Made by a program: the position numbers and the translations under genes. Below the pieces are notes generated by a model. It was given only the letters and a program-made list of their open reading frames with translations, did not search any database and had not been told where the DNA came from. DNA of 15,069 nucleotides from an uncultured bacterium (GTDB lineage: Bacteria > CAIJMQ01): assembly GCA_964573245.1 (NCBI GenBank), contig CAZNJA010000033.1, positions 1 through 15,069 on the forward strand. Direction: 5' to 3'. Shown here one piece after another: positions 1 to 7,900 of this stretch. The number at the start of each line of letters is the position of its first letter. Within the stretch, counting starts at the first letter, position 1.

Positions 1-724
1 AATTGGATACAAGTCCTATGGCAAATATCAAAAAAGAAAATATTAACGTGAAAAAGACCTGGCCTTTCAGTGCAAAGAGCGAAGCAATTGGACAGATAAG
101 AACACTTGCCAACCATAGAAGAGTAGACGGATAAAACAGATTTAACTGAAGAGTCCCTTTACTCATAAACCATAGAACAGATAAAGAAATTACAACAAAA
201 ATGCTAAATAGTATTATAAAACTGGATGCGAAATTTTTGTCGGCATAATAATTTGCCGCAGCGGCTACAAACGCGGCCAATAACATAGGCAAAAATTCAA
301 ACCAAAGCGTGCTATATTTGACATCACTCCATACGGCTTCTGGAACCCCCATCCTTAACGTCATTATAAGCGCGGAGGTGAGAGGAATGAGAACAAGCAA
401 CAAAGCTAATGCTATTGCGCAAAATTTAGACAGAAGAAAAGTGAAACGAGACAAAGGTTTGCTTAAAAGCAATGTGGTTGTTTTTTCCTCTATTTCTCCT
501 CCAACTATTGAAGAAGTCGCAAGGACACTGACCAACAACCCGACAATAAGAATAGTGGCCATGCCCATATCAAGTACCAACTTTTCCGCGTCCCAAAAAG
601 TGAACATCGTAAAAGCAGGAGTGGAAACTATGAAAACATACGCACCTAAAATCGCAAGATAAAAAAACGACTGTCTGATAATATTATTAAACGAAACATT
701 AATTAGAGATGGTAGAGCTCGCAT
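1..724 (-). CDS. ABC-2 type transporter permease (3' end runs off the window)
   Basis: Manual translation from ATG at 724: MRALPSLINVSFNNIIRQSFFYLAILGAYVFIVSTPAFTMFTFWDAEKLVLDMGMATILIVGLLVSVLATSSIVGGEIEEKTTTLLLSKPLSRFTFLLSKF... It has several hydrophobic helices and the EIE-x-KT-x3-LLSKPLSR-x3-LL-x-KF signature of ABC-2 family permeases. Not in the ORF track, presumably because it is truncated by the window edge. Confidence 0.85.
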   Translation of the reverse strand, partial: MRALPSLINVSFNNIIRQSFFYLAILGAYVFIVSTPAFTMFTFWDAEKLVLDMGMATILIVGLLVSVLATSSIVGGEIEEKTTTLLLSKPLSRFTFLLSKFCAIALALLLVLIPLTSALIMTLRMGVPEAVWSDVKYSTLWFEFLPMLLAAFVAAAANYYADKNFASSFIILFSIFVVISLSVLWFMSKGTLQLNLFYPSTLLWLASVLICPIASLFALKGQVFFTLIFSFLIFAIGLVSN

Positions 725-732
725 AAGGCTGA

Positions 733-741
733 ATTATAACA
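733..741 (-). promoter_or_regulatory. Extended -10 promoter element (TGTTATAAT) of the ABC permease gene
   Basis: Minus strand reads TGT-TATAAT, ending 8 nt before the ATG at 724. The -35 is poor and there is no Shine-Dalgarno. Confidence 0.55.
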
Positions 742-912
742 TATTTCAAAAACAGGAAAAATCTTAAAATGAACCCTTAAAAGAAAACACTATATTCTCC
801 AAATATAAAAAATTACGCTTGTATGGAATTAGACAAATTCCCCATAGAATTCTTTGATTTTGGGAATAAATCATCGGGTAATAAAATTAATATCCAAGCT
901 ATTACCGTATCA

Positions 913-3900
913 TTATTGTATCTGCTCTACTCTCTTGCCTATGGGATTATCTAACCATACAAGATAGCATTTAATCTCCTTGTCAGGATAAATCTTAGAA
1001 ATGCCAACCCTATAATTTTGCATCTGTTTGATGTATTTTTTAGTTGAATTGGGAGTGGTACCCATAAATTTTTCGCCTGTTTTATAATCTATAATTTTTA
1101 TACAATCACTTTCTATAATTAGTCGGTCTATCCTTCCTAATACACTTGTTTTGTTTTTTTTGAAATAAATGGATATTTCGTTTTTAACCTTTGCCGTGTC
1201 GTCTAAACAAAAAACAAACCGCAGGTCTTCATCTGTCAGAACATCTTTCAATGTAAGATGTAATTTTTCAGACAGTTCTTTCTGTTCTTGCAAATTGCGC
1301 GAATAGGTTGCCTTTGTCTTGTCTATTGCGAAACAGATTACTTGTTCAAGGTTGGCTTCGTTTACTTTTTCTACGTTTGACAAAGCACAGTGACAGATTT
1401 CTCCCCACCTTAAAATGTCTCTTTGCTTATCCGAGATAATAGTTTTTTCTTCAGGTTCCATAAGAACTTTTTCCCGTTTGGGATAAGAGATAAAACCCTC
1501 TATTTTTCTTGCGGAAGATTCCCTTTTCCTTTTTGGTGAATTTTTTCTGTCTTGAATTTGTCCAAGTCTGTAAGATTTATTTTTAATTTGGATGTTTCCT
1601 GATTTGGTTATAAAGTTAAACCATGTTTTAGACAATCGCGCATTGTCATAGCCGATTATCCATAATCCTTCTTTGGCACGGGTCATAACAACATATAGAT
1701 TGTTTAATTCGTCATTGTAAATGCGTTTTTTCTCATCCCGGAAAATCTCCTTTCGGAATAATTTGAGCAGAGGGTCTTTTCTGTAATAGATATCATTTGT
1801 AATAAGTTTGGAGTTTGTTTCAGCATATTCAAAAATAAAATGTTCGTTTTCTATACCTTCCATATTCCATACGGTTTCGGCAAGCAACACAACCGGAAAT
1901 TCCAATCCTTTGGCTTTATGACAAGTAAGAATTTGCACGCCGTCGATTTCGCTTTCCGAAAATTTCAATGTTTGTCCGTATTGTTGCAGGTATTCAATAA
2001 ATGAAAATAAGGATGCTCCCTTCTCGTTTTCGAATTTATAGGCAATCTCCAACAATGCGGAAAAGGCGCCTTTGTTGTGTTTATATTTTCCCATCACATT
2101 AAATTGCGAATATATAAAAGAAATCAATTCGTATGGGCTGGCAAAGTCGCAAATTTCCAATATTTTCTGCAGTTTTTTGGTTGCTTCCCAATGTGGGTAT
2201 TTATTTTTTAGGGTTTCAAAGAGTCCGCAATCTTTTTTTTGCCTCAATATTTCCATCGTTTTTCCCTTAATGCAGAATAGCGGTGAGAGCAATGATAAAG
2301 AAAGATAAAAGTCCTCATAAGGATTAATTAGCCATTTCAACAGATTCACGATATCGCAAATTCCTTCTTGGTAAACAAGAGACCTCTTGGATTCGCTTCG
2401 CGTTGGGATGCCAGATTGTTCTAAAATTTCGGAGAATTTAGTCCCTGTTTGATTTCTGCGGATTAACAATGCGATTTCGTTGTAATTATAACCTTTCTTT
2501 TTTAAAGTTCTGATTGCATCTACAAGACTTGACTGAACCGCTTCAAACCCTTCTTTTTGTCTATATTCCCCAAAATTTTCCACAACAACCCATCCACCTT
2601 GCCCTTGCATTGCTTTCATTGGTTTATGAGTTGGGATAAGAGAAAACACATCATTAACAAAGTTTACTATTTCCTCTTTGCTTCGATAATTTTCCGTAAG
2701 ATATTCGGCTCGTATTTTGCCCGAGAATTTGTTTTTTATATGGTCGAATAATCGACTTTCTCCACCTCTAAAACGATAAATAGCTTGGTTCGGGTCTCCT
2801 ACATAAAAAAAACTATGATTTTGTCCGGCTACGATTTCTTCGGCAACCGGCTCCAATATTTTCCATTGGATTATAGAAGTGTCTTGAAACTCATCTATCA
2901 AAAGATGTTCTATTTGGCTTGAGGATTTAAAATATAAATAATCCTTTGTTTGAATATTCGAAAATGCTTTGAGCGCGTAATTTTCAAGGTCGCTGAAAGT
3001 GACTAAATTTGCGTCCTTTTTTGCCCCTTGCAGCCTGTCATGAATTGTAAAAAGCAGATTAAGATTATCGAAAAGAAGTTTGCGGTTGTTAAAAGATGCG
3101 AATTCTTTTGCCTGACGGCTTATGGATAAAGCCAACCTGTTCAATTGCGTGCCTATTTGCGGCTCTTCTTTTAATTTTTCAAAATAACTTTTATTGAATA
3201 GGTCTATTATTTCGCTTATCAAAGTTTCTTTTTCTCCGTTCCTCAAAAGATTGTCTATTGTTTCTATTTTTTTGCTCAAGTTTTTATTGTTGCTACCGCT
3301 GTTTTTCAGAAGCTCTACAATCCCCAAGCAGTCTTGTCCCAAACAAGCAAAATCCTGAAAAGGTTTTTGTTTTGTCTCTTTTAGATATGTAAAAATTCCT
3401 TGTATTTCGAGCATTCTAGGAAGCACAGACAAAAAAAGATTTTTTACGGTGTCTTTTGCATTACGCTTTTTTACATCTAATACCTTGCTTACCAGTGCCC
3501 TATGATTGGGTTCATTTATCGAATCTTTTAAAAATTCGTCTATGACCTTATCTATTAAAATGTTTTCTTCATATGTTTCCATTATTCTAAAATCAGGCAG
3601 GACATTTGTCTGGAATGGAATTGTTTTTAATATGGAATTCAGGAAAGAATGAATCGTGGAAACGTTGAAATCCGAAAAACTGGAAAAAAGCCGATGTTTT
3701 AAACCCTCAGCTTTTTTTGTTATATCTTTGAAACGAGAACTAAATATTTGCGTAATTTCTTTTTCTTGCGGAAATTTTTCGGGGCTGGCCAAAATGTTTA
3801 AATAATGGACTATTCGCTCTTGCATTTCTCGAGATGCTTTATTTGTAAATGTGAGCGCGTATATGGATGAGATATTTTCGTGTTTCAAGTAGAGGTCCAA

Positions 3901-3990
3901 AAAACGAAGAGACAACGCACGTGTTTTCCCTGTTCCTGCAGATGCGGACAGGGCTAAATTTGTGTTTGAGTTGAATAGAATCTTATCCAT
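913..3990 (-). CDS. addA: AddA/RecB-like SF1A (UvrD-type) helicase with C-terminal PD-(D/E)xK nuclease
   Basis: Walker A SASAGTGKT, LTFTNKASREMQERI, STIHSF, IDEFQDTS, VGDPNQAIYRFRG, LTENYRS, TCHKAKGLEF, LYVVMTRA. The C-terminus has the RecB-type nuclease motif GRIDRL...IIDYKTG...QMQNY. 1025 aa. Confidence 0.9.
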   Translation of the reverse strand: MDKILFNSNTNLALSASAGTGKTRALSLRFLDLYLKHENISSIYALTFTNKASREMQERIVHYLNILASPEKFPQEKEITQIFSSRFKDITKKAEGLKHRLFSSFSDFNVSTIHSFLNSILKTIPFQTNVLPDFRIMETYEENILIDKVIDEFLKDSINEPNHRALVSKVLDVKKRNAKDTVKNLFLSVLPRMLEIQGIFTYLKETKQKPFQDFACLGQDCLGIVELLKNSGSNNKNLSKKIETIDNLLRNGEKETLISEIIDLFNKSYFEKLKEEPQIGTQLNRLALSISRQAKEFASFNNRKLLFDNLNLLFTIHDRLQGAKKDANLVTFSDLENYALKAFSNIQTKDYLYFKSSSQIEHLLIDEFQDTSIIQWKILEPVAEEIVAGQNHSFFYVGDPNQAIYRFRGGESRLFDHIKNKFSGKIRAEYLTENYRSKEEIVNFVNDVFSLIPTHKPMKAMQGQGGWVVVENFGEYRQKEGFEAVQSSLVDAIRTLKKKGYNYNEIALLIRRNQTGTKFSEILEQSGIPTRSESKRSLVYQEGICDIVNLLKWLINPYEDFYLSLSLLSPLFCIKGKTMEILRQKKDCGLFETLKNKYPHWEATKKLQKILEICDFASPYELISFIYSQFNVMGKYKHNKGAFSALLEIAYKFENEKGASLFSFIEYLQQYGQTLKFSESEIDGVQILTCHKAKGLEFPVVLLAETVWNMEGIENEHFIFEYAETNSKLITNDIYYRKDPLLKLFRKEIFRDEKKRIYNDELNNLYVVMTRAKEGLWIIGYDNARLSKTWFNFITKSGNIQIKNKSYRLGQIQDRKNSPKRKRESSARKIEGFISYPKREKVLMEPEEKTIISDKQRDILRWGEICHCALSNVEKVNEANLEQVICFAIDKTKATYSRNLQEQKELSEKLHLTLKDVLTDEDLRFVFCLDDTAKVKNEISIYFKKNKTSVLGRIDRLIIESDCIKIIDYKTGEKFMGTTPNSTKKYIKQMQNYRVGISKIYPDKEIKCYLVWLDNPIGKRVEQIQ

Positions 3991-3991
3991 A

Positions 3992-4080
3992 ATAAAGTGG
4001 AGAGTATAACAAATAGAAAAAAGCAGTAAAATCCTAAAATGTATTTCTCTGTACTCTTTGCTATCTATTTGCTACTTTAT
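3992..4080 (-). repeat. Imperfect inverted repeat with purine-rich and pyrimidine-rich arms spanning the pgm-addA spacer
   Basis: Complementary blocks: ATAAAGT/ACTTTAT (ends), CAAATAGA/TCTATTTG, AGAGTA/TACTCT. TAGCAAA occurs twice; 7-nt periodicity is weak. Confidence 0.5.
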
Positions 4081-5435
4081 ATTTCAGCGGTAATAAATGG
4101 GTATTCTTCAAGTTTTTTCTTTATTTCGTTTTTTATTTCTTGAAGACTTTGTTCGGTTTTTGCTTCAAATCTTAACACCAGTATGGGTTGAGTGTTGGAA
4201 GCTCTGATAAGTCCCCATCCATTTTCAAAAAGGACTCGGACTCCGTCTATGTCTATTGTTTTATATCTTTTCTGAAAATAGTCTTTTAGTTGCTCCACGA
4301 CTTCGAATTTTTCTTGTTCAGGGCAATTAATTCTTATCTCCGGCGTAGAATAATAATTCGGAATTTCGTCTGCCAATTGCGAAAATTTTTCTCCTGTTTT
4401 CGAAAGTATTTCAAGTAGCCTCAAAGAAGCAAAAAACGCGTCATCGAAGCCTAAGTAATTATCTTTAAAAAACATATGTCCGCTCATTTCACCGGCGAGC
4501 AAAGCACCTTCTTCTTTCATCTTTTCTTTTATAAGGGAATGCCCTGTTTTCCACATTATCGGCTTGCCCCCGTATTTTTCTATGTATTCCATAGTCGCTT
4601 GCGAGCACTTGACGTCCATAATAACTTTTGAATGTGGATGTCGAGAAAGCACCTCTTTTGCGTAAAGGCATAAAAGTCTATCGCCCCAAATGATTCTTCC
4701 TTTGTCATCTATTGCGCCTATACGGTCTGCATCGCCGTCGTATCCTATGCCTATATCCGCATTCAGCTCTTTGACTTTGCCTATCAAATCCTGCATGTTT
4801 TTTAAAACGGTCGGGTCGGGCAGATGGTTCGGAAAATTTCCGTCAGGATCTATATAAAGATAAAAAGGGTCAAGGTTTAATTTTTTCATTAATTCGGGGA
4901 CCAGAAATCCTGATGTCCCGTTTCCCCCGTCTATTACAATTTTCAAATCGGGATCAATCTTTACTTTTTCCGCGACGAAATCAATATAATCTTGTTTGGG
5001 GTTTTTCTTTGAAAGAGTTCCTTTTCCCTTTTCGAAGTTTTTCGACTCTATTATGCATCGTAATTTTTGTATATCTTCGCCGTAAAGAGAACTCAAGCCT
5101 TTGCAGACCTTAAATCCGTTGTATTCGGGCGGGTTGTGGCTTCCGGTGAGCATCACTCCACCGGTTTGAGAATATAAATGTATGGAAAAATAAAGAAGCG
5201 GTGTAGGCAAAGTCCCAACATCTATTACATCGCAACCGGTAGCCAATAATCCTTTAATAAGCGCGTTTGCAAGCAGGGGGGAACTTTTGCGATTATCTTT
5301 GCCTACTACTATTTTATTTCCGTATTTTTTCAAATATGTGCCAACGGCTTGTCCGATTTCTCTTGCGACTTCTTCGGTCAAATCTTTTCCTACAAGCCCT
5401 CTTATGTCGTACTCGCGGAAAATATGCGGATTCAT
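4077..5435 (-). CDS. Phosphomannomutase/phosphoglucomutase (AlgC-like alpha-D-phosphohexomutase)
   Basis: IFREYDIRG N-terminus, catalytic TGSHNP, metal loop DGDADR, sugar-binding GEMSGH, phosphate-binding RASNT. Start moved from TTG 5453 to ATG 5435, which has an AGGAG Shine-Dalgarno at 5440-5444. Confidence 0.95.
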   Translation of the reverse strand: MNPHIFREYDIRGLVGKDLTEEVAREIGQAVGTYLKKYGNKIVVGKDNRKSSPLLANALIKGLLATGCDVIDVGTLPTPLLYFSIHLYSQTGGVMLTGSHNPPEYNGFKVCKGLSSLYGEDIQKLRCIIESKNFEKGKGTLSKKNPKQDYIDFVAEKVKIDPDLKIVIDGGNGTSGFLVPELMKKLNLDPFYLYIDPDGNFPNHLPDPTVLKNMQDLIGKVKELNADIGIGYDGDADRIGAIDDKGRIIWGDRLLCLYAKEVLSRHPHSKVIMDVKCSQATMEYIEKYGGKPIMWKTGHSLIKEKMKEEGALLAGEMSGHMFFKDNYLGFDDAFFASLRLLEILSKTGEKFSQLADEIPNYYSTPEIRINCPEQEKFEVVEQLKDYFQKRYKTIDIDGVRVLFENGWGLIRASNTQPILVLRFEAKTEQSLQEIKNEIKKKLEEYPFITAEI

Positions 5436-5446
5436 AAGTCTCCTGT

Positions 5447-5594
5447 AAATCAAAAATCAAATACCAAATATTACCCCTAGAAATTCCAGAGGGAAAACAC
5501 AAACCAAAAAGATAAAAATTCAGAAAACAAAATAACTTTCAAACGAGATATTCTAGTCCTTAATTTTTTATTTTTATATTTTGATATTTAATAT
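5447..5594 (-). repeat. Heptamer-periodic inverted-repeat element (ATCAAAA/TTTTGAT type) with a 20-bp GC-rich palindromic insert
   Basis: Sense-strand 5' arm ATATTAA ATATCAA AATATAA AAATAAA AAATTAA. 3' arm ...TTTTTGGTTTGTGTTTT[CCCTCTGGAATTTCTAGGGG]TAATATT TGGTATT TGATTTT TGATTT. Homologous to 11371-11545. Confidence 0.8.
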
Positions 5595-5605
5595 GTTTTT
5601 TAATG

Positions 5606-6595
5606 CTACCATCTTAAAAGAACGGCGCCCCAAGTAAGTCCACCCCCAAAAGCGTCAAGCAAAAGCAAATCTCCTTTTTTTATTTTACCTGCTCTAAATG
5701 CTTCATCTAAAGCGATAGGTATGGTGGCAGCAGAGGTGTTTCCGTATCTTTCTACGTTTATGTAGACCTTTTCCCTGGGAATTCCTAATCTGGTTGCCGT
5801 TGCGTTTATTATGCGGATATTTGCTTGGTGGGGAATAAATAAATTTATATCTTCGGGTTTTACTTTTGCCCTCTGCATCACATCTTTGGCGGCGTCTACC
5901 AATGATTTTACTGCCAATTTAAATAGTTCGTTTCCATGCATTTTCAAATAATGCATTTTCCCATTTACTGTTTCGTGCGTTGCAGGATTGCGGGACCCCC
6001 CTGCAGGCAAGTAAAGTAATTTTCCCGCCGAACCTATTGCCCCCAAAGAACTTGCCAATAAACCTTCATTTTCATTATCGCCGGCACTTATGACAACTGC
6101 ACCCGCGCCGTCGCCTAATAATACGCAAGTTCCTCTGTCTTCCCAGTCCGTTATTTTGGATAATGTTTCTGCAGCTATCAAAAGAATATTTTTATATTGT
6201 CCTTGGCATATTAACGAATGACCTACGACTAATCCATAAATAAATCCAGAACAAGCAGCTGAAATGTCCAAAGCCGCTGCATTTTTGGCGCCCAGTCTGT
6301 CTTGAATTATGCATGCTGTGGAAGGGAAAAACATGTCCGGGGTAATAGTGGCTACTAATATCAAATCTAATTCCGCAGGGTCCAAAGAAGCAGTTTTAAG
6401 CGCGATTTTTGCGGCTTCTATGCCCAAATCGGAAGTTGCTTGTTCTTTTTCCGCAATTCTTCTTTCTTTAATCCCGGTTCTCTCGGTTATCCACTCGTCT
6501 GTCGTATTAACCACTTTTTCCATATCCGCGTTGGTAAGAACCCTTTCGGGCAAATACGAGCCTACCCCTATAATTTTCATGTTTTTTGCCATCAT
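5606..6595 (-). CDS. fabH: Beta-ketoacyl-ACP synthase III
   Basis: WITERTGIKERR, catalytic triad AACSGF / PHQAN / GNTSAA, FGGGLTWG. Overlaps the plsX stop (ATGA); the start could be either tandem Met. Confidence 0.97.
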   Translation of the reverse strand: MMAKNMKIIGVGSYLPERVLTNADMEKVVNTTDEWITERTGIKERRIAEKEQATSDLGIEAAKIALKTASLDPAELDLILVATITPDMFFPSTACIIQDRLGAKNAAALDISAACSGFIYGLVVGHSLICQGQYKNILLIAAETLSKITDWEDRGTCVLLGDGAGAVVISAGDNENEGLLASSLGAIGSAGKLLYLPAGGSRNPATHETVNGKMHYLKMHGNELFKLAVKSLVDAAKDVMQRAKVKPEDINLFIPHQANIRIINATATRLGIPREKVYINVERYGNTSAATIPIALDEAFRAGKIKKGDLLLLDAFGGGLTWGAVLLRW

Positions 6596-7596
6596 GTTTG
6601 AGTCCTTTCTGCAACATGGTTGGTTTCAAAATACCTTTGTATTTCTTTGTTTACGTTTGTCTTCACTTCTTTTCCCGCCACAAGAATACTGTTTTTTATA
6701 GCGGCAGAAGAAGACGAACCATGTGCTTTTATACAATATCCTCCTGTTCCTAACAAAGGAACTCCGCCGTATGAAGCATAGTCGAGTTTGCATTTGAAAG
6801 TTTTATACGCATCTTTTACTAAAAATGCTCCCAATTTGGAAAGCATCTTTTTATCTATTTCTTTTTTGAGTAAAACCTCTAATGTCTCGGTGAAACCTTC
6901 CATACACTTGAGAAGTATATTGCCTACAAAACCATCACACACAATCACATCTACACTACCAAAAAAAATATCTCTACCTTCAATATTTCCGATAAAATTA
7001 AGATTGCTGTTTTTAAGGAGTTTATATGTTTTTTTAACCACTTGATTGCCTTTGGAACTTTCTTCCCCGATATTAATTAGCCCTACAATAGGGTTTTCCT
7101 TTTCCATAATCTTTTTTGCGTAAATACTACCCATTATTGCGAACTGAAAAAGATTCTCCGCGGAAGAATCTACGGTTGCGCCCACATCCAAAAGCAAGGA
7201 TACACCTTTGGCGGTTGGCAAAGGACTGGCTAAAGCAGCTCGCTTTATCCCCGGTATAAGTTTAAGATTAATAGTCGCCGCCGCAACATACGCTCCCGTA
7301 TTCCCTGCGGTAACCACCGCGTCAACTTCCCCAGTTTTTAACAAATTAATCGCTTTGACTATGGAAGAGTCTTTTTTCTTTCTTATGGCAAACGAGGGGG
7401 ATTCATCCATCCTAATAACTTCAGCGGCATGACAAATAGGGATTTTATAAGTATTTTTCCCCAGAAAAGGGGTTATTTTTTCTTTATCGCCAACAAGAAC
7501 GATTTCTTCTTTAATTTGCTTAAGAGCGGATAAGACGCCGTCTATTACTGCTTGCGGAGCATTATCTCCTCCCATCGCGTCAACTGCTATCTTCAA
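6592..7596 (-). CDS. plsX: Phosphate acyltransferase PlsX
   Basis: IAVDAMGGDNAP, AGNTGA, NIGEESSKGN, GNIEGRDI, VCDGFVGNILLK, KAHGSS. TTG start with GAGGA Shine-Dalgarno; rpmF-plsX-fabH synteny. Confidence 0.97.
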   Translation of the reverse strand: MKIAVDAMGGDNAPQAVIDGVLSALKQIKEEIVLVGDKEKITPFLGKNTYKIPICHAAEVIRMDESPSFAIRKKKDSSIVKAINLLKTGEVDAVVTAGNTGAYVAAATINLKLIPGIKRAALASPLPTAKGVSLLLDVGATVDSSAENLFQFAIMGSIYAKKIMEKENPIVGLINIGEESSKGNQVVKKTYKLLKNSNLNFIGNIEGRDIFFGSVDVIVCDGFVGNILLKCMEGFTETLEVLLKKEIDKKMLSKLGAFLVKDAYKTFKCKLDYASYGGVPLLGTGGYCIKAHGSSSSAAIKNSILVAGKEVKTNVNKEIQRYFETNHVAERTQT

Positions 7597-7611
7597 TTTG
7601 TCCTCACTTTG

Positions 7612-7679
7612 CTAGAGATAGTTAATAGTTCGTAGTATTTGGTTTATAGTTATTGCTATCCACTATCCAATATTAACTA
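7612..7679 (-). repeat. Heptamer-periodic inverted-repeat element (TAGnnnn/CTAnnnn type)
   Basis: Sense strand TAGTTAA TATTGGA TAGTGGA TAG caataa CTATAAA CCAAATA CTACGAA CTATTAA CTATCT. TAGTTAATA/TATTAACTA is a perfect 9-bp pair. Confidence 0.8.
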
Positions 7680-7685
7680 AGTAAG

Positions 7686-7862
7686 TTAACCAACTTCCAT
7701 AACTTTTTTCTTCCCATAATAACCGCAATTGGGGCATATATGATGGGGAAGTTTCAGGTGATGGCACTGAGAACATTCAACGAGAGTAGGTGCTTTTAAC
7801 TTCTTTATGGATTTTCTTTTCCCTTGCTTTGACTTTGATACTTTCCTTTTCGGAACTCCCAT
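7686..7862 (-). CDS. rpmF: 50S ribosomal protein bL32, zinc-binding form
   Basis: Manual translation MGVPKRKVSKSKQGKRKSIKKLKAPTLVECSQCHHLKLPHHICPNCGYYGKKKVMEVG (58 aa) with two CxxC motifs. AAGGAG Shine-Dalgarno; lies directly upstream of plsX. Confidence 0.97.
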   Translation of the reverse strand: MGVPKRKVSKSKQGKRKSIKKLKAPTLVECSQCHHLKLPHHICPNCGYYGKKKVMEVG

Positions 7863-7900
7863 GTTAACTCCTTTTTAAGTTTACATTGTTAACATTTTAA

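Noticed and set aside
309-662. 117-aa plus-strand ORF from the track
   Set aside because: Antisense shadow of the ABC-2 permease on the minus strand; no recognisable motifs.
5314-5502. 62-aa minus-strand ORF beginning in the repeat element
   Set aside because: Out-of-frame overlap with pgm; its start lies in the non-coding repeat.
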